A stretch of DNA of 64,000 bases from Octopus sinensis (lineage: Eukaryota): the NCBI RefSeq assembly GCF_006345805.1, contig NC_043015.1, forward strand, positions 45,384,001 to 45,448,000, written 5' to 3'. The notes under the pieces were generated by a model. The model searched no databases. It saw nothing but the letters and a program-made list of their open reading frames with translations, and was not told where the DNA came from. Positions 10,431-23,899 of this stretch are shown piece after piece. The first letter of the stretch is position 1, and the number at the start of each line of letters is the position of its first letter. The position numbers were made by a program, and so were the translations under genes.

Positions 10431-10769
10431 GAAAGGAAACAAAAACAAAAACAAAAAAAAAACACAGAAAAAGAAAATCAAAAATACCTACATTTCTAAA
10501 TACTCTTACAAATTAAATGATAGGATAACGAAAGTCACATTATTTTGGTGGCATTCTAACGATGGCATTAATTTTCGTATTAATCGACCCAGCGTGTGTG
10601 TGTTACAGATGTTAGCAATTTCTTTACAAGAGATGTGTTATGTGTTTGTTGGATACAAGAAGAAAACTCGGCAAAATGTTAATATGTCATGCATGTGGAG
10701 CTTAATAATTGTTTGACCTGGCTTACTAACAAACACTTGATATAACTCTGATTACATTTCTGATATCAT

Positions 10770-11105
10770 CATCATCATCATCATCGTTGTTGTTGTTTAA
10801 CATCCGCTTTCCATGCAGGCATGGGTCGGATGATTTGACAGGAGTTGGCCAGATATACGACTACCCCCGGCTACTGTGTCTGTTTTGGCAGGGTTTTCAC
10901 AGCTGGATGCCCTTCCTAACACCAAACACTCCAGAGAGTGTGTTGAATGCATTCCATGTGGCACCAGCACCGGTGAGGTCAGTTTTGGCAGGGTTTTTTA
11001 TGGCTGGATGCCCTTCCAAATGTAAACCATTTTACAGTGTGGGCTGGATGCTTTTTTACATAGCAGTAGCACCGGTAGAGTCACCAAACAAATTGGAGGT
11101 GGGGA
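10770..11105 (-). mobile_element. Family D copy or copies
   Basis: (CAT)n then tttaacatccgctttccatgc. The gctggatgcccttcc motif occurs at about 10903 and again at about 11003. Confidence 0.7.
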
Positions 11106-11160
11106 TCTCGTGTCAGATAACGAAAGGTTATATTTGGGGATGATCATATTTTTCATATAT

Positions 11161-11335
11161 ATGAGAAGGGGCTGAAGAGTTCTCTGACTTTGGATAAAAT
11201 AAAATATAGGAGGATCAGTTCATTCAAAATATTCTCCTCCGAGATTCACACCCTTATTGTAGTGGTCCTTCAGGTTTTCTAAGCCCTGCAAAAGAACTCA
11301 GAAGGTTGGGCCTCCAACCAGGCCTTTCATAATAC
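11161..11335 (+). mobile_element. mariner-like left-end fragment
   Basis: ta-tgagaaggggctgaagagttc start. Similar to 34131-34305 (aagaactcagaaggttgggcctccaacc shared). Confidence 0.45.
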
Positions 11336-11341
11336 CCTTAA

Positions 11342-11545
11342 CTTTTTAGCATTTAAACCAACCGTATCTGGCCAAAATATTGTTTTGTGTCCAAACTAAC
11401 CAGATCCTGCCTCTCAAACCTACCCTACAATGTCATTCTAAAAACAATCACATCATCGACATCTCAAAGCTACAAGATAAAGCATGATGAATTCAAAACA
11501 ATGTGCATCAATAAGCATTACACAGTAGCCCAAAGTAGATTTTCT
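11342..11545 (-). mobile_element. piggyBac-like MITE family E, reverse orientation
   Basis: TTAA at 11338-11341 followed by ctttttagcatttaaacc, the reverse complement of the right end of 7245-7464. Confidence 0.7.
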
Positions 11546-11624
11546 ACATGTCCGGTTCCTGTCAACTGCCCTACCCATGCAAGCATGGAAGATGGATATT
11601 AAACAATGATGATGATGGTGATAT

Positions 11625-11769
11625 ATATATATATAACTTAGCAGTTCAGCAAAAGAGACCGATAGAATAAGTACCAGGCTTCCAAAGAATAAGTCCTGGA
11701 GTCGATTTGCTCAACTAAAGGCGGTGCTCCAGCATGGCCGCACTCAAATAACTGAAACAAGTAAAAAAG

Positions 11770-11770
<1 letters not shown>
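11625..11770 (+). mobile_element. Family A 3' module
   Basis: cttagcagttcagcaaaagagaccgatagaataagtac...actgaaacaagtaaaa. Confidence 0.8.
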
Positions 11771-11804
<34 letters not shown>

Positions 11805-12542
11805 ACACATGTTATACTTGGTCATATTTTGCCTATATATATGTATGTGCTATTTGGATGGATGGATGGACGGATAGATGAGAGAGAGAGAGAGAGAGGA
11901 AGAAATTAGACAGACAGATATATATATATATATATAAGTGTAACACACACATTCATTTGATCGTCCATCCATTTTATATCTGTTTTTCCATGCTAGCATG
12001 GGTTGGAGGAATACTTATTACTGAGACATTATTTTACTGCCAAGTGTTCTTCCTATTGCCACCCCTTACCTGTTTTTAAAGTAAAGGATTTTTCTTTCTT
12101 CTTTTTCTTTATTTTGGGGGGGGGAGGGAGAAGGTTCACTCGTCTTAAGAAACAGAGCTAAAGAACTATTTGTTAACAGGAAATGTCAACTTGACACTGT
12201 TGTGACACTGATTTACAACTATAATGCAGTGTCAAGACAAGGTGACACAAACATACACACACACACACGTATTACATCACGCTTCCATCAAGGAGGCTGC
12301 TGTTTTCAATAGAATATGATGTGTATCATAGTAGACTCAATGATGGCTCATTGTACGTACACACACACACACACACACACACACAATGGATTTCTTTTAG
12401 TTTTCCTTTACTAAATCCATGCACAAGATTTTATTCAGACCATGGTTATGGTAGAAGACACTTACCAAAGGTACCACACAGTGGGATTGAACCCAAAACC
12501 ATGTGGTTGGGAAGCCATTGAAAGCCATGCCTGCATGCATGA

Positions 12543-12575
<33 letters not shown>

Positions 12576-12580
12576 AATCT

Positions 12581-13001
12581 CTCTTTTCTCTTTTACTCTT
12601 TTACTTGTTTCAGTCATTTGACTGCGGCCATGCTGGAGCACCACCTTTAATCGAGCAACTCGACCCCGGGACTTATACTTTTGTAAGCCCAGTACTTATT
12701 CTATCGGCCTCTTTTGCCGAACCGCTAAATAACGGGGACATAAACACACCAGCATCGGTTGTCAAGCGATGTTGGGGGGACAAACACAGGCACACAAACA
12801 CACACATGCATATATATATATACATATATATACATATATACGACTGGCTTCTTTTCAGTTTCCGTCTACCAAATCCACTCACAAGGCATTGGTCGGCCCG
12901 AGGCTATAGTAGAAGACACTTGCCCAAGATGCCACACAGTGGGACTGAACCCAGAACCATGTGGTTGGTAAACAAGCTACTTACCACACAGCCACTCCTG
13001 C
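12581..13001 (-). mobile_element. SINE family A, full length
   Basis: Reverse complement of the family consensus, ending ccacacagccactcctgcg. Confidence 0.9.
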
Positions 13002-13351
13002 GTATGTATGTATATAATATACTTTGTATACAGATATTTAAATATTTTTTTACAGCATTTAAAAAAAAACAACAACCTTGTATTGTTTGTAGCTGTCACA
13101 GAAAACGATTCTGTCCTCTTCAATGTAAAAAGCATTAGCCTTCTTTCTCTTCAAAGGGTTAAATCTCTATGATGCTCTTTTTAAAGAGCAACTAAAGTGG
13201 TTTTAACTCTGCATTCTTAACGTCACCCACCAACATCCACTGCCACCATTCAAGTTTCTTCAATTCCATAACCCTTTGAAAAGCATTCACTCCAAGAGAT
13301 TAATAAAGAAAAGAATAATGACAGCAAAAAAAAAAGAAAAGAAGATATTAC

Positions 13352-13500
13352 CAAAGATGATTTATTAAATGAAGGAAATGCCGTTCCATGCTTCCAACTT
13401 CCAACAACGTGGCTTGTTTCAGTAGCATATGGTGTGTATCATAGAGCACTCTGAGATGGGTCATTAGCTTCTCTAGAAATATCTTCACAGGAACCTTGCT
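13352..13500 (-). CDS. Candidate coding exon, product unknown
   Basis: Acceptor gttttaaacag and donor TTG|gtaata. Phase-0 frame fully open: SKVPVKIFLEKLMTHLRVLYDTHHMLLKQATLLEVGSMERHFLHLINHL. A 78-nt pyrimidine-rich intron-like segment follows. No family recognised. Confidence 0.25.
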
Positions 13501-13675
13501 CTGTTTAAAACATATGGCCAAGGAACTCGGTTCGTAAGGGATTTGATATTTTTATGATTTACATCAGTGGTTCTCAACTGGGGTCCATATAAGATTTTCT
13601 TGTTAAAATGTATGAGCAATAAATTGCTTATATTTTTACAATACATAAAATATTTTAACAATCTTTTTATACAAG

Positions 13676-14490
13676 GCACAGGCGTGGCTGTGCGGTAAGA
13701 AGCTTGCAGCAAGCTGGCAGAAACGTTAGCACGCCGGGTGAAATTCTTAGCGATATTTCATCTGCCGTTATGTTCCGAGTTCAAATTCCGCCGAGGTCGA
13801 CTTTGCCTTTCATCCTTTCGGGGTCGATAAATTAAGTACCAGTTATGCACTGGGGTCAATATAATCGACTTAATCCCTTTGTCTGTCCTTGTTTGTCCTT
13901 TCTGTGTTTAGCCCCTTGTGGGTAGTAAAGAAATAGGTATATCGTCTGCCGTTACGTTCTGCGTTGTAATTCTGCCGAGGTCAACTTTGCGTTTCATCCT
14001 TTCGGGGTTGATAAATTAAGTACCAGTTACGCACTGGGGTCGATGTAATCGACTTAATCCGTTTGTCTGTCCTTGTTTGTCCCCTTTGTGTTTAGCCCCT
14101 GTGAGCAATAAAGAAATAAAAAGCTTGCTTCCCAACTTCATGGTTCTAGGTTCAGTCCCACCGCATGGCACTTTGGACAAGTGTCTTCTACTATAACCTC
14201 AGGGTGACCAAAGCCTTATGAGTGGATCTGGCAGACAGAAACTGAAAGAAACCCATCGCGCGCACGTGTGTGTGTGTGTGTGTGTGTGTTTGTCTCCTCC
14301 CCATTGCTTGACAACTGATATTGGTGTGTTTATGTCCCTGTAACTTAGCTGTTCGGCAAAAGTGACTGATAGAATAAGTAGTAGGCTTACAAAGAATAAC
14401 CCCTGGAGTCGATTTCTTCAACTATAGCCCTTTAAGGCAGTGCTCCAGCATGGCCGCAGTCAAATGAGTGAAACAAATGAAGGAATAAAA
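13676..14490 (+). mobile_element. SINE family A interrupted by a family B dimer
   Basis: Head at 13676-13707 resumes at 14121. TSD aagcttgc at 13700-13707 and 14121-14128. Confidence 0.85.
13708..14120 (+). mobile_element. Family B head-body-body dimer
   Basis: The second body starts at ggtatatcgtctgccg (13936), directly after the first tail aaagaaata. Confidence 0.9.
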
Positions 14491-14811
14491 GAATTCCTAA
14501 TAATAGCTAATTACCAAAATATAATAGGATTTTGTTACGCATCAAATGGCTATGAGGGTCCAACCAAGTAATTAAAATGTGAATCAAAGGGGTCCATGAG
14601 TAAAAAATGGTCGGGAACCAATGATTTAGATGAAGAAGAAGGAGAGGGAAAAGAAGGAGAAAGAATGAACTGATGGAAACGATGGAAAAAGAAGACAAAA
14701 AGCATTTAGTGAAAACTGTTGTGATCTGTATTATAGATTAACTAATTATGGGTTGGTTAATTTTTTCTAAATTGCAGAAAGTAAACACCTCTCCCTCCCC
14801 CTTCTCTACTC

Positions 14812-15155
14812 CTACTACTACCACTACTACCACTACTTCCACTACTACTACTTCTAATACTACTACTACTACTTCCAGTACTACTACTTCCACTACTACT
14901 ACTACTACTACTGCTACTTCCACTACTACTACTACTTCTACTACTACTACCACTACTACTACTTCCACTACTACTACTACTACTTCCACTACTACTACTA
15001 CTACTTCTTCCACTACTACTACTACTACTACTACTTCTACTACTACTACTACTACTACTTCTAATACTACTACTATTACTACTACTACTTCTAATACTAC
15101 TACTTCTAATACTACTACTTCTAATACTACTACTACTTCTACTACTACTACTTCT
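14812..15155. repeat. (CTA)n trinucleotide array with CTT/CCA interruptions
   Basis: Directly visible. It gives the poly-Thr and poly-Val ORFs in the track. Confidence 0.95.
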
Positions 15156-15502
15156 ACTCTCCCTCCACTCTATCCTCTAGTCATTAACCTCTGTTCACCT
15201 TAACATCACTTATGTCAGCTTAAACTACATCTCTGTAACATTCTCATCTCAGAACTTAGTAATTTAAATAAGCAAATGTAATTTAATACATTAATTTCAG
15301 GATTTGTCTGAAGCACACACACACACACACACACACACACAAGTACACATGCCTGTGCACACACACACACATGCACATACACACACGCACAATTGCAGCC
15401 AAATAACATCACATGCTCTTACATTCACGACACATCTATTCATATGCATAACACATAACTCATACAAAAGAAATACATAAGAGAGATTACACACGGGGAC
15501 AG

Positions 15503-15540
<38 letters not shown>

Positions 15541-16191
15541 GATATCAGACACAAACATGCATAAATGTAGGCACATACACAAATGCAGACACGTACACTA
15601 AGACAGACCTATATAGTCGTTCTCACAGACACATCAGGGACATCACCTTACATGACTGTGAGCAAACAAGGGAACTCACAGATAGTGGCTCAACATACCA
15701 GAACCAAATCTCCCTCAAATCACACCTTACATGCTTAGCAAAAGAACATATTTGTTGGCTAATGTGGTCCTGGATTTTTTCACATGTCAAAAAGACAGGA
15801 TGGTCATAGGTGGAAAGGCTTTGCTGGAGGGTCTCCTTGATCAGAGCTTACATAAGGTTAAATAACTATACACACACACACACACACACAGAACACACAT
15901 ATGCCTGTCACAGATGATGCCATAGATCAGGGGTTCTAAACCACTGTTTTATTTATGGACCCCTTTGATTACCATTTTATTCTGGTGGATCCGCATAGCC
16001 ATTCAATGTATAAAAATTAGTTTTATAGATACTTCTTTATACGTCACGATGTGTTGCAGCTACTGTTTATAACTCGCTCTAAGATTTATTATCGCTTGAT
16101 TACACCTTTTCGATATCAGTGTCTTTACGATACAGGAAAAGGGATAAGTGTTTGTGAAGGGAACCTACTTTTCATCGACAACTGTGATTGT

Positions 16192-16236
16192 CACACGCTG
16201 ATGACGGGTCAATACCTAGAAACTCAAGTCCGTGTG
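16192..16236 (+). ncRNA. Type I hammerhead-like motif, canonical CUGAUGA core, GUC site
   Basis: CACACG-CTGATGA-c GGGT caat ACCT a-GAAAC-tcaa-GTC-CGTGTG. The 6-bp stem I is extended by TGAT/ATCA, and the stem II closing pair is a C.A mismatch. Confidence 0.7.
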
Positions 16237-16834
16237 TATCATAAGTTGAAGATGGGAAGGATGGCTTCCCTTTGCAAACACTGATAGGGCACAGAAAGTG
16301 TGTCTAAAGCCAGCTGGAGGAGGTGTCCTCCTGGGGCTACAAACTACAGTAGCATCCACCCTTAGGGGTTAGCCATATATAAATGGCAAATATACGTCTT
16401 TCAAAATTCCTATTTTGTTATTCACTCATTCACTTGTATAGGTTGACCCTTGTAAAATGCCAGAGAAGGAAACCAAGCTGTTTCTTGCAATACTTCTTTG
16501 AGCAACTGTCCTCATCCATGAATATTGGCCTGCCCACCTGGCTGGTGGGGTGGCATCATTTGAAAGGCTACAACAATGAAAGGAAGCACATTGTGTTCAG
16601 CAGTGTATAACAACATCTGATACTCTGGTACATAGACACTTACAAGGGCTACATTCCAGTTTCTGTTTACCAAATTTTACTCACAAGGCATTGCTCAACC
16701 CTATACAAAGAAACAGGGACAGGGTGGTTACAACCAGGAAACTTTTCAACACAGATTTACTTGATCAAGCTAAACAACTGACACCCCCTTCCCTTATAGC
16801 ATTTCATTCTGAGGACTATACATACACACACATC

Positions 16835-17445
16835 ATCATCATCTTCATAACCATTTAATATCCGTTTTCCATACGGGTATGGGTTGGACAGCTTCACAGG
16901 AGCTGGCCATCTGAAGAGCTGCACCAGGTTCTAAATCTTCATTTTGGCATGGTTTCTAAAGCTGTATGCCCTTCCTAACGCAAATCACTTTACAGGCACC
17001 AGCATGGGCACTTTTCACATGGTACTGACATGGGTGCTTTTTACATGGCACCAAAACAGACGCTTTTTGGATGGCACTGGCATAGGTACCTTTTACATGA
17101 TGTATGTTTAGTGCTTGTTACTTCTATAACATAATCATCATCATCATCGTTTAACGTCCGTTTTCCATGCTAGCATGGGTTGGACGTTTCGACCAGGGTC
17201 TAGAGAAGCCAGAAGGCTGCACCAGACTCCAGTCTGATCTGGCAGTGTTTCTACAGCTGGATGCCCTTCCTAACGTCAACCCCTCCATGAGTGTAGTGGG
17301 TGCTTTTTACGTGCCACCAGCACAGGTGCCAGGCAAGGCTGGCAATGGCCACGGTTGGTTGGTGCTTTTTACGTGCCACCAGCACGGAAGCCAGTCAAGG
17401 CGGCACTGGCATCAGCCACGTTCAGATGGTGCTTTTCGCGTGCTA
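16835..17445 (-). mobile_element. Two adjacent family D copies (16835-17110 old; 17135-17445 younger with two internal units)
   Basis: Each starts with (CAT)n and carries the atgcccttcctaacg motif. Confidence 0.75.
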
Positions 17446-18002
17446 ATATCCATAAATGCTAATATATCCATAAAGTCCCATGCTAATATCCACCTTATGT
17501 ATACTTACTGAAGAAAGAAACAAGACAACAATACATCACATGTTGTGTGACATCACTAGCATTTTGTCTGTTGCCCTGAAAAGGTTCTGGCTTTAAATTC
17601 AATGTTAGAGTGAGCTAATTAATGATATATTTCTCATTTAAGCCTTTTTAACTATTACTGAATTAAAGTGGCCCTGTCCAATGTAGACCATGCATTCTCA
17701 GTAAACTCATCATTGTCTTGCTTTTGCCAGGTATACTTCGAGTGAAATATGGTATTTTCTGTGATAATATATATGCAAACATATATATATATGAATGTAT
17801 ACACATCATTTCATACTTCAATGATTTATAAAGTTATAAGTACTCATGGACGATGTAATTAACAATAACCTCAAAAGTGGTGCCTTAGCATTGGCAGAGT
17901 GAAATGATTAAAAGTAACAAAATAAAGCTTAACGTGTGTGTTTGTGAGTGCATGTAAGTATGCACATGTGTATTATACATAGACACACACGTGTGTGTGT
18001 GA

Positions 18003-18690
<688 letters not shown>

Positions 18691-18737
18691 TGATCTACAG
18701 TTGGGATTTCAATTTATTAGCAGTGTTGATCACTTAC

Positions 18738-18953
18738 TAGTTGTTAAAAGACCATAAAAATATTAATTAAAGGCACCATTTCCTGATTTTACAACTTTAT
18801 CCTGAAAAATGGAATGCTACTTGTGGTCTCTGAGAAGCTTTGGGTTCTTTCATTGTAGGATTCTGTGCTAGTCTGTGGGATTAGTATTTGATGTTTTTCT
18901 GAAGAGGAGGTGAAACCAAATAAGGAACTTGAGCTTTTCAATTATGGAAGTAC
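18738..18953 (-). other. Exon-like island with stops in all frames
   Basis: Acceptor ttttacttacttaatctag and donor CTA|gtaagt. 216 nt of unique sequence. Confidence 0.2.
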
Positions 18954-19339
18954 CTAGATTAAGTAAGTAAAATAGTGCTGGTATTACATAGTCGAGCTCT
19001 CGGTATATATATGTAGAAATATGCTTTTATTCATTCTCCCTCTTTCTTTCTCTCTCTCTTTCTCTCAAACACAAAAGCAAACGCAAATACATTCATGTAT
19101 TCATTTACATTCACACCTACACAGACACACAAACCAATTCACATGTGCAGATATATGTACGAGCTTGTAAACACATATATTTATATTACAATTTCAACAT
19201 GTCATAAATGCGTAAAAACATACAGACATCTAAAAGCATTACTTCACAAACACACACACTCACAAACACAAACCAATTCATATATGTAGATACGTGCTTT
19301 TGCAAATGCTTATATACAAGTATCATACAATTTCAACAA

Positions 19340-19760
19340 GGCGCAGGAGTGGCTGTGTGGTAAGTAGCTTGCTAACCAACCACATGGTTCCGGGTTCAGT
19401 CCCACTGCGTGGCATCTTGGGCAAGTGTCTTCTGCTATAGCCCCAGGCCGACCAATGCTTTGTGAGTGGATTTGGTAGACGGAAACTGAAAGAAGCCTGT
19501 CGTATATATGTATATATATATGTGCGTGTGTATGTGTTTGTGTGTCTGTGTTTGTCCCCCCCTAGCATTGCTTGACAACCGATGCTGGTGTGTTTACGTC
19601 CCCCGTCACTTAGTGGTTCGGCAAAAGAGACCAATAGAATAAGTACTGGGCTTACAAAAAGAATAAGTCCCGGGGTCGATTTGCTGGACTGAAGGCGGTG
19701 CTCCAGCATGGCCGCAGTCAAATGACTGAAACAAGTTAAAGAGTAAAAAGAGGAAAAGAG
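19340..19760 (+). mobile_element. SINE family A, full length
   Basis: Matches the consensus from ggcgcaggagtggctg to aaacaagttaaagagtaaaaagag. Confidence 0.9.
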
Positions 19761-20094
19761 TATCTAATATATGCATAAACACACACAGACACCGTAAAGC
19801 ATTGCTTTACAGAAATACACACACACACACACACACAGAGCAATAATAAACTTACTCATGAAGTAGCATTAAGACTAGTTAAGACCAGTGATGATTGATG
19901 GCCTCAACAAACACAAGAGTTGATCCTCACGTACGGTTCCTTTTATAAGGTCTTACCATATTTCACGGCTAATGCTTAAACTGCTACTTTCGTATATCAT
20001 TTCAAATTATTTTCTCTGAATGAATCAAAATGATTTTGTCATCAATAATAATAATAAAAAATATGCATGCATACACATACATGTGCATCCTCAT

Positions 20095-20290
20095 CATCAT
20101 CACCATCGTTTAACATCCGTTTTTCCATGCCGGCATGGGTTAGACAACTTGACAGGAACTGGCAGGGCCAGGGACTGCACCGTTTTCCATAGTCTGTTTT
20201 GTTTTGGTTTGGTTTTGATGGCTGGATGCCCTTCCTAATGCCAACAACTCCACAGAGTGTACTGGGTGCTTTTTACGTGGCACCAGCACC
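20095..20290 (-). mobile_element. Family D 3' part
   Basis: catcatcaccatcgtttaacatccgttttccatgc...gctggatgcccttcctaatgccaac. Confidence 0.75.
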
Positions 20291-20436
20291 CATATGCATA
20301 CACAGTTGCTGAGAAACATATCTATCTTTCCATCATTTACAATTATATATATATATATATATATATCCTTATATACATGTCCATATATACACACACGTAT
20401 ATATATATATATATATCCTTATATACAAATCCATAT

Positions 20437-20471
<35 letters not shown>

Positions 20472-20573
20472 AATAAAAACATACATTTCTATATATAAGC
20501 ACGTACACATCTACATATACAAACACGCATTTCTATGTATACATATTTATATATATATATCATCATCATCATC

Positions 20574-20651
<78 letters not shown>

Positions 20652-20983
20652 ACACATACTTATGTACATAAACATACATACATACATTCACATACACATA
20701 TACGTGTGTGTGTGTGTGTGAGTGATGTACTTTAACGAAGACTCTTTAGTCATATCAAAAGCAACCACTCTGCAGTCAATACATGTTCAATACACCCAAT
20801 CCATATTATAGAAGATAAAAGGAAGGGCATCCAACCCCTTGACTCACTGTTTCTCAACCATTTTTCCCCCTATCGATCCCTTTGATTCCTATTTTACTCT
20901 GCTGGGCCTCCTTTAGCTATTCACTGCATATAAAAAAAATATCTTGCTATATTGTTATAATTAGATATTAGAAATTATATATA

Positions 20984-21343
20984 CTCTTTACTCTTTTACT
21001 TGTTTCAGTCATTTGACTGTGGCCATGCTGGAGCACCACCTTTAATCGAGCAAACCGACCCCAGGACTTATTCTTTGTAAGCCCAGTACTTATTCTATCG
21101 GTTTCTTTTACCAAACCACTAAGTTACGGGGACGTAAACACACCAGCATCAGTTCTCAAGCGATGTTCAGGGGACAAACACAGATACACAAACATATACA
21201 CACACACACATATACATATATATGACGGGCTTCTTTCAGTTTCCGTCTACCAAATCCACTCACACTGCTTTGGTCAGCCTGAGGCTATAGGTGCCACGCA
21301 GTGGGACTGAACCTGGAACCATATGGTTTGTAAGCAAGCTACT
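20984..21343 (-). mobile_element. SINE family A, head-truncated
   Basis: Reverse complement of the consensus, with part of the CORE-like segment deleted. Confidence 0.85.
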
Positions 21344-21444
21344 AGAATGGCAAGAGTCAGTAAAGGCCTGCTGCAAGAGGAAATCAGCTGTGCATAGCGG
21401 AGCCAAAGTTTATCAACACATCCACATATAACATGCTGAAGAGT

Positions 21445-21749
21445 GAAGGCACATGGCCTAGTGGTTAGAGCAGCGGACTCGCGGTCAAGGGATCGTGGGT
21501 TCGAATCTCAGACCGTGCGATGTGTGTGTTTATGAGTGAAAACACCTAAGCCCCATGCGGGTCCGGCCGAAGGTAATGGCGAAACTTCTGCTGACTCTTT
21601 CGCCACAACTTTCTCTCGCTCTTTCCTCCTGCATCTTGCAGCTCATCTGCGACGGACTGGTGTCCCGTCCAGGTGGGGAAGCTATACACCAAGAAACCGG
21701 GAAACCGGCCCTTGTGAGTGAGGCATGGCTCGAGAAGGAACAAAAAAAA
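21445..21749 (+). mobile_element. SINE family C (tRNA-like head, Meta-like central domain), full length
   Basis: A-box tggcctagtgg, B-box ggttcgaatc, gcgacggactggtgtcccgtccagg domain, A tail. 15-bp TSD aacatgctgaagagt at 21430-21444 and 21750-21764. Confidence 0.9.
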
Positions 21750-21898
21750 AACATGCTGAAGAGTCAAGACAAAGACGTGCACAATAGTGGTCGACACTTC
21801 TGCTTCAATGTTGTTCCACTGTAAGTATTGCCAAAACCCCTGTTGAATGCATTCCAAAGTAAAAATAAAAGGGGTGAGAAAAAGAATAAACGTTGCCT

Positions 21899-21980
21899 TT
21901 TTCAAGCCTAGCCAGGCTCACGTGCCCGGTTTCCCCGGTTTCTGAGGCGTATGTGTTACCCCCAGCTGGATGGGACGCCA
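21899..21980 (-). mobile_element. Family C 3' half (subfamily of 23561-23853)
   Basis: Reverse complement of gcgatggactggcgtcccatccagctggggg...ggctaggcttgaaaa. Confidence 0.8.
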
Positions 21981-22405
21981 GTCCATCGCAGTGTTACTCA
22001 CTCTCTCTTCTTGTTCAGGAAGAAGTTAGGTGAAGAAGTTACATGAAAGAAATGAAGTTACCGTCTCTAAAGTACCACCGACCGATGCTGAGAAACTCCT
22101 AAGAAAACAAGTTTGGAAATTGGCCATTTCTTACATTAAGACAGAAGAAAGCTCATTAGAAGACACGGAATAGTGAATATTGACTAGTATTGGATGCATC
22201 AGTCAACACTTAATTTTTAATTCTACCTGAACAGAATAAAAGCTGTTTCCCAAATGTATTTGTGCTTGTGATACATGTGTGAGTGTGGATGTGTGTGTAC
22301 ATACGAGAACATATATCAGTTTGTGCAGGCATGTGCATAGCAATATAGATTATGTTTAATTGATATATGGCGATGTGTTCAATGAATGCACAATTAGATC
22401 AATAC

Positions 22406-22504
22406 CGAGAAGAATTCCCTGGCAATGGAAAGTGTACTTCTTAAGAGTACAAGCAACATCTCGACTAATGTGGAGATCAAATTTATCTTTATATGGATAC
22501 ATAT
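22406..22504 (-). CDS. Candidate 99-nt exon, product unknown
   Basis: Acceptor cttctttgatcgtag and donor CTCG|gtattg. Open phase 1-to-1 frame MYPYKDKFDLHISRDVACTLKKYTFHCQGILL. Confidence 0.2.
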
Positions 22505-22620
22505 CTACGATCAAAGAAGATTCCCCCAGAGAGATACATAAAAGTGAGATAAATAAATTAAGATTTCAGAGTGACAGCAGAGACGTAGAGGAGAATATAA
22601 AACAGAGCCAAGTAAACATA

Positions 22621-22810
22621 GGCGGAGGAGTGGCTGTGTGGTAAGTAGCTTGTTTACCAACCACATGGTTCCGGGTTCAGTCCCACTGCGTGGCACCTTG
22701 GGCAAGTGTCTTCTACTATAGCCTCGGGCCGACCAAAGCCTTGTGAGTGGATTTGGTAGATGGAAACTGAAAAGAAGCCCGTCGTATATATGTATATATG
22801 TATATATATA

Positions 22811-22856
<46 letters not shown>

Positions 22857-23071
22857 GTGTGCATGTGTGTGTTTGTGTGTCTGTGTTTGTCCCCCTAGCA
22901 TCATTTGATAACTGATGCTGGTGTGTTTATGTCCCCGTTACTTAGCGGTTCGGCAAAAGAAACCGATAGAATAAGTACTGGGCTTACAAAAGAATAAGTC
23001 CAGGGGTCGAGTTGCTCGATTAAAGGCGGTGCTCCAGCATGGCCACAGTCAAATGACTGAAACAAGTAAGT
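22621..23071 (+). mobile_element. SINE family A, full length
   Basis: Consensus match. TSD aagtaaacata(gg) at about 22610-22620 and 23072-23082. Confidence 0.9.
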
Positions 23072-23315
23072 AAGTAAACATAGGAAGTAATTTCAAATGC
23101 ACCAGGCATGGCTGTATGGTTATAAGTTCAATCCTACAGCACGACACCTTGGGTAAGTGTTTGCTACTATAGCATCAAGCCAGTCAATGATTCATCTGTG
23201 AAATCTGGAACATGGAATCTATATGTGCCTGTATATGTGTTCATGTTTATCAGTGTAAACTGGTGCTGCTTCTCGTTATTTAAAAATAGCAGTTTATCCT
23301 CTTGATAAATAACAA

Positions 23316-23552
23316 GGCGGTGAGCTGGCAGAAACGTTAGCACGTCGGACGAATTGCGTAGCCGTATTTCCTCTGCCGTTACGTTCTGAGTTCAAATTCC
23401 GCCGAGGTCGACTTTGCCTTTCATCCTTTCGGGGTCGATTAATTAAGTACCAGTTATGCGCTGGGGTCGATGTATTTGACTTAATACCTATGTCTCTCCT
23501 TGTTTGTCCCCTCTGCGTTTAGCCCCCTGTGGGTAATAAAGAAATAGGTATT
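23316..23552 (+). mobile_element. SINE family B, full length
   Basis: ggcggtgagctggcagaaacgttagc head, gagttcaaattcc B-box, Nin/Deu-like domain, tail aaagaaataggtatt. Confidence 0.9.
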
Positions 23553-23560
23553 CTTTTTCT

Positions 23561-23853
23561 GTGGAGGTGCAATGGCCCAGTGGTTAGGGCAGCGGACTCG
23601 CGGTCAGAGGATCGCGGTTTCGATTCCCAGACCAGGCGTTGTGTGTGTTTATTGAACGAAAACACTTTAAAGCTCCACGAGGCTCCGGCAGGGGGTGGTG
23701 GGCACCCCTGTTGTACTCTTTCGCCACAACTTTCTCTCACTATCTCTTCCTGTTTCTTGAGTAATGCTGCGATGGACTGGCGTCCCATCCAGCTGGGGGG
23801 GAACACATACGCCTCAGAAACCGGGCCCATGAGCCTGGCTAGGCTTGAAAAGG
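23561..23853 (+). mobile_element. SINE family C, second subfamily
   Basis: tggcccagtggttagggcagcggactcgcgg head and gcgatggactggcgtcccatccag domain. Confidence 0.85.
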
Positions 23854-23899
23854 CTGAGATGGGTGAGCTGAGATGGGTGAGCTTTGATGTTGTTATGAT

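Noticed and set aside
12503-13138. Recurrent ORFs containing [22 protein letters not shown] or HRGNKQGQT
   Set aside because: These are translations of SINE A and SINE B sequence, not a gene family.
14748-15203. 151-aa Thr/Ser-rich mucin-like ORF and its antisense poly-Val ORF
   Set aside because: Pure (CTA)n microsatellite translation with no splice or domain support.
17441-17495. Three short atgctaatatcc repeats at a family D boundary
   Set aside because: Small local slippage or repair product, with too little information to interpret.
18898-18925. CTGAAGA-GGAGGT-GAAAC
   Set aside because: The intervening bases cannot form stem II, so this is a chance match.
21445-21520. tRNA-Arg-like sequences at the family C heads (also 23561, 50510-50588, 55260)
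   Set aside because: No acceptor stem is evident, and they continue into SINE bodies with TSDs, so they are SINE heads and not tRNA genes.
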